A stretch of DNA of 62,970 nucleotides, filler included, from Gonapodya sp. JEL0774 (Eukaryota): the NCBI GenBank assembly GCA_027604505.1. It is 9 parts of 9 records of this genome, joined end to end, with 100 filler letters (N's around TTAATTAATTAA, not from the genome) between each part and the next. Parts side by side here need not be neighbours in the genome. Positions count along the whole stretch, not along the records: positions 56,099 to 62,970 come from JADIIX010000555.1; 8 more parts are not named here. One strand, given 5' to 3'. Within the stretch, counting starts at the first letter, position 1. Every line of letters begins with the position of its first letter. Below, piece by piece: positions 62,612-62,970 of the stretch. The position numbers and the translations under genes were made by a program. Under the pieces are notes generated by a model. The model ran no database searches. It was not told where the DNA came from and was given only the letters and a program-made list of their open reading frames with translations.

Positions 62612-62970
62612 TACATGCTACTTGTTGTGGATGAAACAACCCATGTCTTTGCCATATTTTCTGAAGAGCAAAGATGAAGCTTCTGGCAAATTGAGAGAGT
62701 ACAAGATTACCATGGAGAAGCAGTACCCAGGTTTTGAAGTCAAGATTTTCAGAAGTGATAGGGCCAAAGAAATCCTGCTCAATACCCAGATGCAACAGTG
62801 GATGAGATCCCATGGGATTAGGGATGAGGAAAGTCCGCCTCACACCCCTGAACATAACAGTAGTGCTGAAAGGGGTAATCGAACAGTCTGTGCACCGTGG
62901 GTCATGGGTCACCAAGGGCAGGTCATGACCCACAGTTAATAAACATGCAGGTAACATCACCACAGTGCTC
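62612..62970 (+). mobile_element. Ty1/copia integrase core fragment, degenerate
   Basis: YMLLVVDE, then a frameshift, then YFLKSKDEA..KIFRSDRAKE..GIRDEESPPHTPEHNSSAERGNRT, matching the copia D,D(35)E region. Confidence 0.9.

Overview
This is eukaryotic DNA rich in short GT-AG introns, and it is not one locus. It is nine unrelated contigs of 6941, 6937, 6926, 6914, 6908, 6906, 6893, 6873 and 6872 bp, in descending size order, joined by identical artificial 100-bp spacers (N44-TTAATTAATTAA-N44). Fungal-type genes (DAHP synthase, allantoicase, ATG5, PRP28, a Gcn4-like bZIP) occur with the axonemal DM10 protein EFHC1/Rib72, which points to a flagellated (zoosporic) early-diverging fungus. A Monoblepharidomycete such as Gonapodya is my inference from the ankyrin-like and F-box-like families. 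Highlights: (1) a canonical HDV-like self-cleaving ribozyme in an intergenic region (22280-22356, minus strand); (2) two unannotated, strand-biased structured RNA candidates, one in an oversized EFHC intron and one beside a tRNA-Thr gene; (3) a complete 6.4-kb CACTA/EnSpm-like transposon with 14-bp TIRs and a TA duplication, nested inside a Ty1/copia integrase; (4) a Raf1/Clr8-like WD40 (DCAF-type) protein with an array of SUMO-interacting-like motifs; (5) a tandem pair of surface receptors sharing an unrecognised 8-Cys domain. Exon boundaries and all family calls were made by eye, without database searches.
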